Positions 1-9,605 of a DNA stretch of 64,000 bases are shown here, in pieces. Source of the DNA: an uncultured Gammaproteobacteria bacterium (GTDB lineage: Bacteria > Pseudomonadota > Gammaproteobacteria > Steroidobacterales > Steroidobacteraceae); NCBI GenBank assembly GCA_963823235.1, contig CAWGKS010000017.1, positions 5,050 through 69,049 of the forward strand, written 5' to 3'. A program made the translations under genes and the position numbers. Below the pieces are notes generated by a model. The model searched no databases. It was not told the origin of the DNA and saw nothing but the letters and a program-made list of their open reading frames with translations. Within the stretch, counting starts at the first letter, position 1. Each line of letters starts with the position of its first letter.

Positions 1-423
1 AGAGCGCTGAAGTGTTGTGCTTCATTGACGTGTTTTGCGTCCAGACGCAGACCGCCGCGGCATCCTGATTGTCTGTCTTCGCTTGTTCATCCAGCGACGC
101 AGACAGCGCTTCGAGAATGGAATGATCTTTGACGCTTAGTTTGGTTTGGTGATGCGAAAACCAACTGCCCTGCACGAGAGAAAAATTGAGGGCTAATTCA
201 TGAATAAATTGAGAAAAGCTTACCAAGGCCCAAATCCTCCATCATGGCGACGATCGTATCATCCGACCACTCGAGGACACCTGCGGATTTCGCTGAAGAC
301 GATTTCCTCACCAGGTCGCCTATTGGCCAGTATTCCACAAGCAGCCTTTGATTTGACATTGGGCGTTTTCAAATTGCAGTAGTGGTAAAACGCAAAATGG
401 GTTGCGTGGGAGCAGCGTGGCAG

Positions 424-475
424 TGACGTGACCAGTGCCGTGGCGGTGCCGTGGCGCAGTGACGTGGGTGACGTG
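424..475. repeat. three copies of the octamer GTGACGTG (ACGT core) within 52 bp
   Basis: Read directly: GTGACGTG at 424-431, 459-466 and 468-475. Two copies share the longer CAGTGACGTG context. Confidence 0.6.
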
Positions 476-1103
476 GCCAGCGACGTTGCAAAACGACGTG
501 GTGCACTGGCATTTCAACAACCGCGAATTGTCATCTCAACACGCAACTTGATTGTTGGAAAAGCCATGAGCAAACGCGACAAGAGAAGGACAAAGAGAGA
601 AAGGACGAAAAAGACAAGAACGCCGTCACGGATAAAAGCAGCATTGTTGCTGGCGTCGTACGAAGATCGGCCAAGGGGACCAAACGCAAGGCCGAGCTCG
701 AAGGATCACCTCGTAAAGCCAAGTTCAAGAAGGTGCCGAAAAAGTCCTTCGCCGACTGCCAAGACAGTGTGAGCAAGGGTGGCTGGACGAGCATGCCACA
801 CATTCACTTTCATCGGTGAGCCAGCGGAATACACCACGGACATCTGCGTCAAGAAAGGATGCGGACAGGGGCTTGTAAGTTTACTGACGTTTTTTGTTGT
901 TTTGCGCTGCGCTGTTGTGTTTGCTCACTGTTTGCGTTCTTTTGTTGCATTAAATGGGGTCATTTTTGTTTGCAGAAGCGTGAGCGCACTGAAGATGACC
1001 AGGTGAAGTGCTCGGGCGGGCACGCGGCCGACGAGTACGACAGTTCTGCACTTCAAGGGGCGTCAAGGTCCGTGACGACGCTGACGGCAAAAAGCAGGTT
1101 TAG

Positions 1104-1144
1104 TTTTGTTGTTTGGTTTGTTGTTTGTTGTTTGTTGTTGTTGG
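1104..1144. repeat. T/G-rich (TTG/TTTG)n microsatellite-like tract
   Basis: ttttgttgtttggtttgttgtttgttgtttgttgttgttgg read directly. A similar T/G-rich stretch lies at ~880-960. Confidence 0.7.
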
Positions 1145-2302
1145 CGTGTGTATCTGAATGTTGGCACGCAGGAATACGAAATTAACATGCAAGCCAAGAC
1201 CCTCAAGAAGTTTGCGCCTGCTGCGAAAATCGAGGCGTACCTCAAGGCAGAGGAACAAGGAACCGCGACGACCTTTTGGTAAGACCATTTGAACCGTCAA
1301 GTGCTGTGAGTGCATCGAGTTCGTGAAGCACAACCAAAGGAGAAAGTAGCGTTCTCAATCAGCCGCTCTGTCGAGGGCGAGCTGAATAGACGATGTCTTT
1401 GGACGAACTGCGTTCGACAGTGGAACACAGGTTGCTTTGGCGGAAGAAAAAGAGAAACTTTCGAAGCATACGGTTGTTCGAATCACACAAGGCGACAATG
1501 CGAATCGCCAAAGAACAAGATCGTGGAAACGCTGCCGTGCGACGGGATTTGTTTGTGTTTTCAATCCATTCGGGTTTCCGTGTTTTTACAACAAAAACCA
1601 GACATGCATCGATTCTGATGTGGCCATGGTTTGCTAAGTTGAGTGTGCCGGCAGATTGGCTTGGCGACAATTGAACACCAAATCTACGCTGTGAGCACTG
1701 CTTCGTTGATTCGAGCTCGCGAGGAGGCGGCAGTCGTTTGGGCTATCGAGCAACTTTGCCATTCTTGTCTTTGTCCGTCGGTTCAACGGTGAGTGTGCCT
1801 GAATTGCTGCTTGTTGCGGATTCTTATGAAAAAATGTTGCTGCTAGAGCTACCTGTTCACGCAAACGCACAACAACAGTGGGAGATTCCGAGGAGACCGA
1901 TAACCATCGCAAAAAAGCCAGAATCGACGCGTGTTCTACAGGTACTGCAGATTGGTTGAGTTTATGTGTTGCGGCATGAGTGATTTTTGTGTTTCGTTGG
2001 TATGATGGCAACTGTCCGTTGCACGCAGATAAGATGTCCGACACAAGCGAAGAAGTAAAATCGGCTGAATCCAAGCAACACCGAGCGTTACGAAATGGCC
2101 ATCGTTTTGTCGACGCCGTGTGGTGGTGTTATGATCCGCCGAGGCGAATTCGGCTCAGGTGTGCGGACCGAAGAAATTAAATGCAAACGCGGGCAATCTA
2201 TTACTCCTGGCGTTGCTGCCAAGCTCGTCTTGATAGCGAATACAACACGACAGCCTCGCCGGGGATTGCTGGCAAAACTACGGTATCGAGTGGAACAAAG
2301 GT

Positions 2303-2710
2303 TTGGTTGCTATTCCCGAGCGCCCAATCAGGATACTCTGCTTGACCCTGTTTGCCGGTGCAACGAACCATCGAGAACACGGTGAGAAGGTCGACGCTCA
2401 ATACGCACCTGACGACCAGAACACCCGGCTCGGCTTGAAGGCGTTGTGCTCCATTGGACCGGACGAAGACGTTCTGGTTTCATACGGCCGTGAGTTTTCC
2501 AAACTTTTGCGCGATTTGCGTCAAGAACAAGAACACGCCAATGCAGCAGCGGCAATGAAGGAACGGGAACTGCGTGATCTTCAGTGTCGCCTTCAACCAT
2601 TCGAACGGCTCTGCTTTCGTTGCCTGTACGTGTTCCACCGAACGCGTTTTGCGCGTCACCGATTCGAGTGCGCCGCTGCTGCGAAAGGTTGCGCCGCTGA
2701 CGATCGTTGA
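2303..2710 (+). other. SET-domain-like fragment (possible exon or pseudogene)
   Basis: The 135-aa ORF contains ...LFAGATNH... and ...IGPDEDVLVSYGREF..., resembling the SET NH(S/x)C and ELxxxY signature regions. The upstream part appears to lie in another frame (ORF 2095..2385). Motif-level recognition only. Confidence 0.25.
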
Positions 2711-3561
2711 TGTATCTCGTGACCGTTGCAATTGCGCCTGCAATTGATTTCGATATCTGCATGTGAAAAGGGGAAACCTTCAAGGTTTTTGTCCCGATCG
2801 TCAAAGAAACAACATTTTTTGTCTCGTCAAAGAAGCTGTCTCAAAGAAGAAATGCATCGGCCAAAAATTTGAGTTTTTGTCATATTCCTAACCAGGCACA
2901 GCATTTTCTCATCACAGCACTCACGATTTCGAAAACCAATGTCAACGGAAACCTCGACTCAGTTCGTGCATTACTTCGCAATTGTACGCACGGTAAAACT
3001 GTTACTTTAACCATAACGTCCGATTGTGATCTTGCCACACGACGAAAGTTTGATCGCATAAATTTTCTGGTTCCACGCGACCGCAGCTCCGGCGCACCTG
3101 CTGCACAAAATCGTTCGGGAAAGGACAAGCGCAACACGCGGGCAACCTCAACCATGGCATTGTTTCCCATGATAGCAATCATTTACGTCTAATGCTGGCG
3201 AAAAAAGTTTCTGACCTTCTCAAATGCTTTCTTCAATGCTGCTTCACTGCTTCTTCTCACTCACTTCTGCCCACGATGCGAACACGTTGAGCTAGAAGCT
3301 CAACGCACACTGCTGTCATCACACCGTTCACGTCACGAACACGGTTGTTCAAGGGCGATCGTGCTGCTGCCAGATGTGTTGATGAGTGTCGCTGCACACG
3401 CCATGCGTTGGCCAGCCACGCCTCGTCACCTTCGCACTCGCTGACGCGAACACCACGAAACGGGCGTGAAAATGGCAATCGAGCGCAGACACAGTGTTTG
3501 CTTGATGTTGATGTTGTTGCTGATGTTGAACCGCAGCAAAACAACGAGCTGATGCCGCTGA

Positions 3562-5060
3562 GTGTGTTTGCCTCGACCAGTTCATCACCAACGTGGCCAA
3601 AACGACGCGCCGCACTCTATCTCGAGTGACGACGTGTCTGCGTCCGTGCACGACGATTTCGACTTCCGTTCTGACGGTGTGCTCGAGGGCCAATGGCTGC
3701 GGAATGAAGCGCTGCGATCTGTTATCACGAACGGTTTCAGCTGCGGTGTTGATACGCGCCATTTGGGTCATCTGCCGTCAAAGCTTCGCGTTTCCAATTT
3801 CGACGAGCAACAATACATTTCTGCGCTTCTGCGTGATGGTGTCATTTCTCTTGGCCAGTCAATTTTCTCGCATCGGCATTTCTTTTTGCGCAACGGCGGC
3901 AAACTGCGTCTCATCTTTGATGGCAGGCGGTTAAATTCGCGTGTTTCTGAGCCACATGCTTTTCCCATGCTTTCTCATCGTGATTTGGCGCTCGTGCGCG
4001 CGGCGCTCATGGGCAGCCAAGTTTGATTTGGCGAATTTCTATTGGAACATTCGCCTGCACCCATCCATTCGTCATTTGTTCGGTCTTCGTACGTCGGTTG
4101 GCAACTTCGTGTGGAATCGGCTTCCCTTCGGTTTTTCGCACAGCGCTCTGCAGTCTCATCACCTAGCTGAAGCAATTTGTCTGCATTTGCGCACGTTGGG
4201 CATCGATGTTGTTCCACTACATGGATGATTTCATTGTGTTCGCCGACTCGGCCGAGCAGTGCGAGCGTCACCTGTTGCAGTGCATTTCCTTTTGCGAAAG
4301 CATCAATGTGCGTGTCAAGGCGCGCGCAAGACGGTGCATGCAACACAGCGGCCCCACATTCTGGGCGTGCGTTACGATCTGGTCGCCAAGACGTCGTCGC
4401 TCGATCGCAGTTACTTCGACAGGCTGTCTCGCGATCTGGTTTTTCTTGTCTCGGTCCAATTTGTCAAACGCGCTCGTTTTGCATCTTTTTTGGGCGCCGC
4501 TCTATTCTGCAATGCTGCTTATCCTGGTGCGCTAAGTTTTTTCAACGACGTTATTCGCTGTTTCAACTCTACATCGCATTTGCCATGGACGGCTCGTATT
4601 GATGTGGCTGCTGGTGTGCGTTTGGCGTCTGTTGCTCTCGAGCAAGTTTCGTTGTTCCCCCCTTGTGCTCTGCAATCTGAGGGGAGGGAGCGCTCACGTG
4701 TGTTTGCTGACGCTACGCCCACACAGCTTGGAGTGGTCATTGATGGTGTTCTACACGCTCAACCAATCGCAGAGCTGCCCATTTTTGAGGCAGAGGCCAG
4801 CGCACTCGCTCTAGCGCTCGTGCTGGCCAATCGCTCTCCGATCACTCTGGTCACTGACAATCGTGCTCTTTTCTGTGCGGTTCGCAAAGGCCGCTCTGGC
4901 AACCAACTGGCTAACACTGTCATTCGTGACATTCTACTGCGTCGACTTGGAGGAGCTGTGGTTGATGTTGAGTGGATCCCTGTCAAGCTCCAACCCGGCT
5001 GACATTCCTTCGCGAGCGATCTTTGATCATGATAGTCGTGATATTATTTTTCACATTTGA
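3562..5060 (+). pseudogene. retroelement pol remnant (reverse transcriptase + RNase H, LTR/DIRS-like), split over at least 4 frame changes
   Basis: Successive ORFs 3562..4026, 3941..4228, 4206..4535, 4259..5002 and 4863..5060 carry the motifs in order. RT motifs: FFLRNGGKLRLIFDGRRLN; FDLANFYWNIRLHP; NRLPFGFSHS; HYMDDFIVFADS (YxDD box). RNase H-like: VFADATPTQLGVV...FEAEASAL...VTDNRAL. Tail: ...NPADIPSR. Frame changes at ~3990, ~4200, ~4320 and ~4990. Confidence 0.7.
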
Positions 5061-5112
5061 GTGTTTGACGCTTGATTTTAGGGTCTGACTGTATGTGCGT
5101 TGTCTCGACCTT

Positions 5113-5132
5113 CAATACAATACAATACAATA
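5113..5132. repeat. (CAATA)x4 perfect tandem repeat
   Basis: caatacaatacaatacaata read directly, ~50 bp downstream of the end of the pol-like reading frames. Confidence 0.9.
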
Positions 5133-5956
5133 TACGCCGAGCAGGTAACCCGCGATGTAACGATCGTTGAGAATGTCAAGTGTTGTGTGGCCATTCGCGC
5201 AGCGCCGACGTGCTCTCGCATAGCAGCGTGTAGCCCAGATACGCACCCACACACGGCACACCACGGTGCGCCAGACGCGCCCAATGCCCGCGCTGCGAGA
5301 CGCCGCGGCCGACACAGCACGAGTGCCAACAACAAGTCGAACGTGTTGCACCACGTAGACGCCGATGTGAACAGCCGTCGCATGCTGAAATAGTCAACAG
5401 GGAACGTGCTCAACTCCGTCAATTGCACTGGCGCTGCGCCTGCGCGTCGCTGAAGCACGGCACGACCGAAACGGCCTTTGTTTGTTGTCCAGTTTGAGGC
5501 ACGCGCACGGACGCGGAATGACGCAGCGCTGCACGGCCGTCATGAAAACCGCAGTACTCGGGCCCGAATGACGTACACCACGCGGCGACCGTTGACGGCA
5601 AGTACCTGCAGCAGGCGACAGGCGAGACGTGAGCGAAAAAACGAACAGAGCGTGTGCCATGAAGACCAAACAGCCAGAATAGTTATTACCACCACAGTAC
5701 ACCCACAACACGACAAGGCCGCTGCCCAAGCCCGCCCACTCCAGGTGCAGTATTTACCAAAAGCCATGGTTTGAAATTTCAATTGCACTTTTTGCGGCAA
5801 CCAGACCACCGGGCAACAGTTCCCAGATAATTCTAATACCGCGCAGAATGGCCTACCTGGAAAATATGCGATCGTTTCCGAATACGTCGCGGTTATCGAG
5901 CAGATGCTTCTAGGGTCGTCTACGGGGAGGGCACCTGTGAAGTCTGGGCTGGCTGA

Positions 5957-6039
5957 TTAGCAGGAATGCAAATTCGGGCAGTTGGATTAGCAAGATTCTT
6001 GTCGTCACTCTCAATTGTTAGCAAGATTCGTTAGCAAGA
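5957..6039 (+). repeat. four direct copies of TTAGCA(A/G)GA; two share the 12-mer TTAGCAAGATTC
   Basis: Copies at 5957-5965, 5987-5995, 6018-6026 and 6031-6039, all in the same orientation, ~130 bp before the compositional junction. Confidence 0.7.
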
Positions 6040-6088
6040 GTCCCACTCTGACTCGACTAAATGCGAATTTCGACGCAATGCCTGGTTT

Positions 6089-6295
6089 TTGCTTGTTTTT
6101 TGGCGCGCAAGGGAACAACTGTGGTGTGCAATGATTCGACGCGAAGCGCGAGAAAAGGAAAAAAATTACCCTTGCACGGGGCTGGGATTGTCGATTGTGG
6201 CGCGCATCGCCGAGCGCTGTCGTGCCGACATCAGCTATGAACGGCCTGCGAGCGGGCGAGGCCTGCGCGCGCAGGTTCGATTTCCGTTCACCTAG
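6089..6295 (+). pseudogene. 3' fragment of a sensor histidine kinase (HATPase_c G2-box region only)
   Basis: Only the last ~42 aa (from ~6170) look kinase-like: TGLGLSIVARIAERCRADISYERPASGRGLRAQVRFPF*. There are no HisKA/H-box, N-box or G1-box sequences upstream. The preceding sequence changes composition. Confidence 0.6.
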
Positions 6296-6377
6296 TACAC
6301 CGATAACCTTCGCTTAAGCGTAGTGCCGCGATGCTGGCCGGGTTTGGCGTCTGCGGTGCAATAAAGGAGTTCGGAAC

Positions 6378-7409
6378 ATGAAGATTATTCCCATTCTGGC
6401 AACGACCACATGGCTCACGATTTCGGCCGCCGGCGCCGCGGAACCGAACTGGCCGGCACTGCCAACCCGTGCCCCCGAGCCCGCCAGCAATCACTCGACG
6501 CCCGCCAAAGTCGAACTCGGCAAGATGCTGTTCTTCGATCCGCGTTTTTCCGAGACCGGCACGATTTCATGCGCCAGCTGCCACAACGTCATGGAAGGCG
6601 GCGACGATCACCGGCCGGTGTCGATCGGCGTCCATGGTCAGAAGGGCGGTCGCAGTGCCCCGACCGTGTGGAATGCCGCGTTTCTGTCGGCCCAGTTCTG
6701 GGATGGGCGAGCCGCCACCCTCGAAGACCAGGCCAAGGGCCCCGTGGTCAACCCGGTGGAAATGGGCATGAAGGATCTGGGCGCTGCAGTCGACCGCATC
6801 CGCAAGATCGAGGGTTACCGGGTTATTTTCCAGAAGGCGTTCGGTCCCGACGAGGTGGCGACCGCCGACAACGCCGCCAAGGCGATCGCGGCCTACGAAC
6901 GCACGCTGATTACGCCGGGTAGCGCCTATGACCGCTACGTCAACGGCAACAAGAGCGCCCTGACCGCGCAGCAGGCCAAGGGCATGCAGACCTTTGCCGC
7001 CACGGGTTGCGTGGCCTGCCACCAGGGCCCCAATTTCAGTGGCCCGGCGCTGCCCACCGGGACGCCCTTCCTGATGAAATTCCCCACCTTTCCAGCGAGC
7101 CCTGTTGTCGCTACCTACGATCTGGCCAGGGATCAGGGTCGATTCGAATCAACAGGTCTTGAAGCCGATCGGCACATGTGGCGCGTGCCGTCGCTGCGGA
7201 ATCTGGTCTACACGGCGCCTTACATGCACAACGGCTCGGTCAAGTCGCTGCCGGATGCAGTGCGCGTGATGGCCGGTGCCCAGTTGAATCGCACGCTCAG
7301 TGAGGTCGATGTGAGCGACATCGTGGCCTTCCTCGAATCACTCACCGGACCATTCCCTGATCAGATGATGCCTCGTCTGCCACCCACGCCTGGCGATCTT
7401 CTGCAGTGA
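6378..7409 (+). CDS. di-haem cytochrome c peroxidase (CCP/MauG family), exported
   Basis: 343 aa with an N-terminal signal-like segment and two CxxCH motifs (CASCH, CVACH). AAGGAG Shine-Dalgarno upstream of the ATG. Length and motif spacing are typical of bacterial CCP. Confidence 0.85.
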   Translation: MKIIPILATTTWLTISAAGAAEPNWPALPTRAPEPASNHSTPAKVELGKMLFFDPRFSETGTISCASCHNVMEGGDDHRPVSIGVHGQKGGRSAPTVWNAAFLSAQFWDGRAATLEDQAKGPVVNPVEMGMKDLGAAVDRIRKIEGYRVIFQKAFGPDEVATADNAAKAIAAYERTLITPGSAYDRYVNGNKSALTAQQAKGMQTFAATGCVACHQGPNFSGPALPTGTPFLMKFPTFPASPVVATYDLARDQGRFESTGLEADRHMWRVPSLRNLVYTAPYMHNGSVKSLPDAVRVMAGAQLNRTLSEVDVSDIVAFLESLTGPFPDQMMPRLPPTPGDLLQ

Positions 7410-7681
7410 GCGCGCGATCGGCGCCAACCTGTGACACGACTGCGATCGACGCATCACCGGCTGCGTGCGCTCAGTCGCGTCGGCGGACGATCTATCCGGA
7501 TGGATTTCGGCATGAAGTGGCCTGCCTCCTGATCGCCGATCGCAGCCACATCAGGGCGATCTCGGTAACCACCGGCCTGTCCCGCAGTACCCTGCTCCGC
7601 TGGGTACGCGAAGCGGGAGGTATGGCCTGGCAGGCGAAGAGCGGTCACCAGAAAGAATCGCGGTGTTGCGTGCCTTCTTAA
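7406..7681 (+). CDS. small HTH protein resembling IS3-family OrfA (transposase N-terminal HTH), solo fragment
   Basis: RRRTIYPDGFRHEVACLLIADRSHIRAISVTTGLSRSTLLRWVREAG resembles the HTH_Tnp_1 pattern (RRxYSxEFK...LGIxxxTLxxWV). There is no OrfB/DDE part downstream. Confidence 0.3.
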   Translation: MSARSAPTCDTTAIDASPAACAQSRRRTIYPDGFRHEVACLLIADRSHIRAISVTTGLSRSTLLRWVREAGGMAWQAKSGHQKESRCCVPS

Positions 7682-7876
7682 GCTCTACTTACGAATTCGC
7701 CAGACATAACGGGCGTGTTCAAGCGCTACATGAATGGCAGTGGGAGTGCAAAGTGTCCTTCGGCATGAAGTGATTCATCTTTGCGACGGCCCTCACAATT
7801 TTCACTAGCCGGTCACGGTTACGATCAGTGCACGCACCGCCCACAGCTGGAGCGATGCACCCACGGGAGCGCGATT

Positions 7877-8278
7877 ATGAAAGACCCCTACGACTCAGCC
7901 AAAGATCGAACCTCCATACTGGGCCCGACCATTCAGTTCAAAGGTGAGCTGACCGCCAACGAGGATCTGTTGATTCGGGGCCGCGTCGAAGGTTCGATTA
8001 CTCACACACAGCGACTGACCATTGGCAGTGAAGGCAAGGTACACGCCAGTATTGAGGCGTTGATGGTCATAGTCGAAGGCACGGTCGAGGGTGATGTACG
8101 CGCTACCAAGTCCGTAGCGGTGCGCGAGCATGCGCAGCTGACCGGCAATATTTCAGCGCCATCGGTGACCATTCTGGAAGGCGCCAGGTTTACTGGTCAC
8201 GTGGATATGAGCGGTGGCAGCACGGTCAAGGCAGGCGCTACCACCGATGGGACGCGGCGCTCGCTGGGCTCAACTTAA
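7877..8278 (+). CDS. bactofilin (DUF583 polymer-forming cytoskeletal protein)
   Basis: Bactofilin beta-helix pattern: IQFKGELTANEDLLIRGRVEGSITHTQRLTIGSEGKVHASI...VEGTVEGDV...LTGNISAPSVTILEGARFTGHVDM. Start placed at ATG 7877 inside ORF 7781..8278. Confidence 0.8.
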   Translation: MKDPYDSAKDRTSILGPTIQFKGELTANEDLLIRGRVEGSITHTQRLTIGSEGKVHASIEALMVIVEGTVEGDVRATKSVAVREHAQLTGNISAPSVTILEGARFTGHVDMSGGSTVKAGATTDGTRRSLGST

Positions 8279-8301
8279 CTCTCACATTCCGGGTAATCAT
8301 C

Positions 8302-8931
8302 ATGAGTTGGTTTAAAACCGAAAGCTCTGGGGAGAACGCAATGAGCAATTCACTGTTCGAGCCGCGCGCGACCAAGGTGGCCGCTGTAGACACGCCAGCC
8401 GTCGATTTCGACGTGAAAATGCCGCCACGCCCAGCCCTCGCACCGCGGCCGCCCGCCCGGCCAGTACCGCAAACTGAATCTGTGCCACAGCCGAATGCGC
8501 CGGCATCAGTGCTGGGTGCAACGCTACGCTTCAAGGGCGAGCTGCGCGCCGATGAAGATTTCGTCCTGCAGGGCAGGGTGGAGGGCTCGATTCATCACAG
8601 CCAGAATCTGACCATAGGCACGGAGGGCGTCGTCAAGGGGGATTCCCGCGCCGCGACGATCGTTGTCGATGGAACCATTGAGGGTGACCTGTACGCGCTG
8701 GAATTCATCAGCCTGCGGGCCACTGCGCGGGTGCAGGGTAACTTGCTCGCGCCGCGCATCTCAATCGCCGAGGGCGCGACCTTCAACGGCAAAGTAGACA
8801 TGGCCAGCGCCACGCGCGCGGTACGCCACATGAGTGAGCGCCACGCGGGTGGTCAGGCTGAGATGCTGAGTGAAGAAGAGATCCTGATCGGACCAACGCC
8901 GGCGCCGCCGCCACCGCCGGGTGCCACCTGA
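8302..8931 (+). CDS. bactofilin paralogue with Pro-rich N- and C-terminal tails
   Basis: LRFKGELRADEDFVLQGRVEGSIHHSQNLTIGTEGVVKGD...VDGTIEGDL...VQGNLLAPRISIAEGATFNGKVDM, plus Pro/Ala-rich flanks. Confidence 0.8.
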   Translation: MSWFKTESSGENAMSNSLFEPRATKVAAVDTPAVDFDVKMPPRPALAPRPPARPVPQTESVPQPNAPASVLGATLRFKGELRADEDFVLQGRVEGSIHHSQNLTIGTEGVVKGDSRAATIVVDGTIEGDLYALEFISLRATARVQGNLLAPRISIAEGATFNGKVDMASATRAVRHMSERHAGGQAEMLSEEEILIGPTPAPPPPPGAT

Positions 8932-8998
8932 GAGGTCATGCCCGATCGGATATCAGGCGCTGCGTCACCACGCCTGCCCTTGCTCACTGGATTCAGAC

Positions 8999-9538
8999 AT
9001 GACCTCACTGCTGTTGATAAATCTCCCTGACGTAGACCTGCCCGTGCCCGGCGCCGACCCGTGGCATGCGCGCCCGGAGGACCCGGCGATCAGCGTGATG
9101 ACCGATTTTCGCGAGCACGCGTCGGTCACGATTGCGGCAACCACGAATACGGATGCCGCGTTGGAACACATGAAGCACGCCGGCGTTCGCTGCGCATTCG
9201 CTACCAGTGATGCGCGACGCGTTGTGGGCCTGATCACGGCCTACGACATCATGGGCGAGAAGCCGATACGCCATGCGCGGGCCGTGTCGGGTCGGCGCGA
9301 GGATGTGCTGGTGCGCGATATCATGACTACGGTGCGCGATTGGAAAGTCGCCGAGGTCAAACAACTCGAGGTGTCGACGGTTGAGGACTTGCGCCGGAAA
9401 TTCCAGGAACCTGGGCTGACTCATATTCCGGTGGTGGAGTTGAATCAGGAGGGGCGACGCCAGTTACGCGGGTTACTGTCAGGGTCCAAAGTCCGACGAC
9501 TGCTTGCGGGCTTCGACTCGACGAGCACAACAAAATAG
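8999..9538 (+). CDS. CBS-domain pair protein
   Basis: A ~180-aa ORF with CBS-like segments (VMTDF...VTI..., VGLITAYDIMG, VRDIMTT...HIPVVE...LRGLLS). Start set at ATG 8999 within ORF 8921..9538. Confidence 0.6.
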   Translation: MTSLLLINLPDVDLPVPGADPWHARPEDPAISVMTDFREHASVTIAATTNTDAALEHMKHAGVRCAFATSDARRVVGLITAYDIMGEKPIRHARAVSGRREDVLVRDIMTTVRDWKVAEVKQLEVSTVEDLRRKFQEPGLTHIPVVELNQEGRRQLRGLLSGSKVRRLLAGFDSTSTTK

Positions 9539-9605
9539 ACGCTGACTTGGTTCAACGGCCTGGCCAGGCTGCTCGACGGAGTGTGGCGCCGGGTAGGGCG
9601 GGACG

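Noticed and set aside
5957-6039. A CRISPR array
   Set aside because: The repeats are only 9-12 bp long, irregularly spaced (13-31 bp), and there are just four copies. There are no cas genes.
1-6160. A prophage, ICE or genomic island explaining the low-GC segment
   Set aside because: There is no integrase/recombinase, tRNA attachment site, phage structural gene or conjugation gene. Coding density is far below bacterial norms. The only clear coding signal is a eukaryote-type RT-RNase H.
7406-7681. An intact IS3-family insertion sequence
   Set aside because: Only an OrfA-like HTH segment is present. There is no OrfB/DDE region, no frameshift window and no terminal repeats. It may simply be a small HTH protein.
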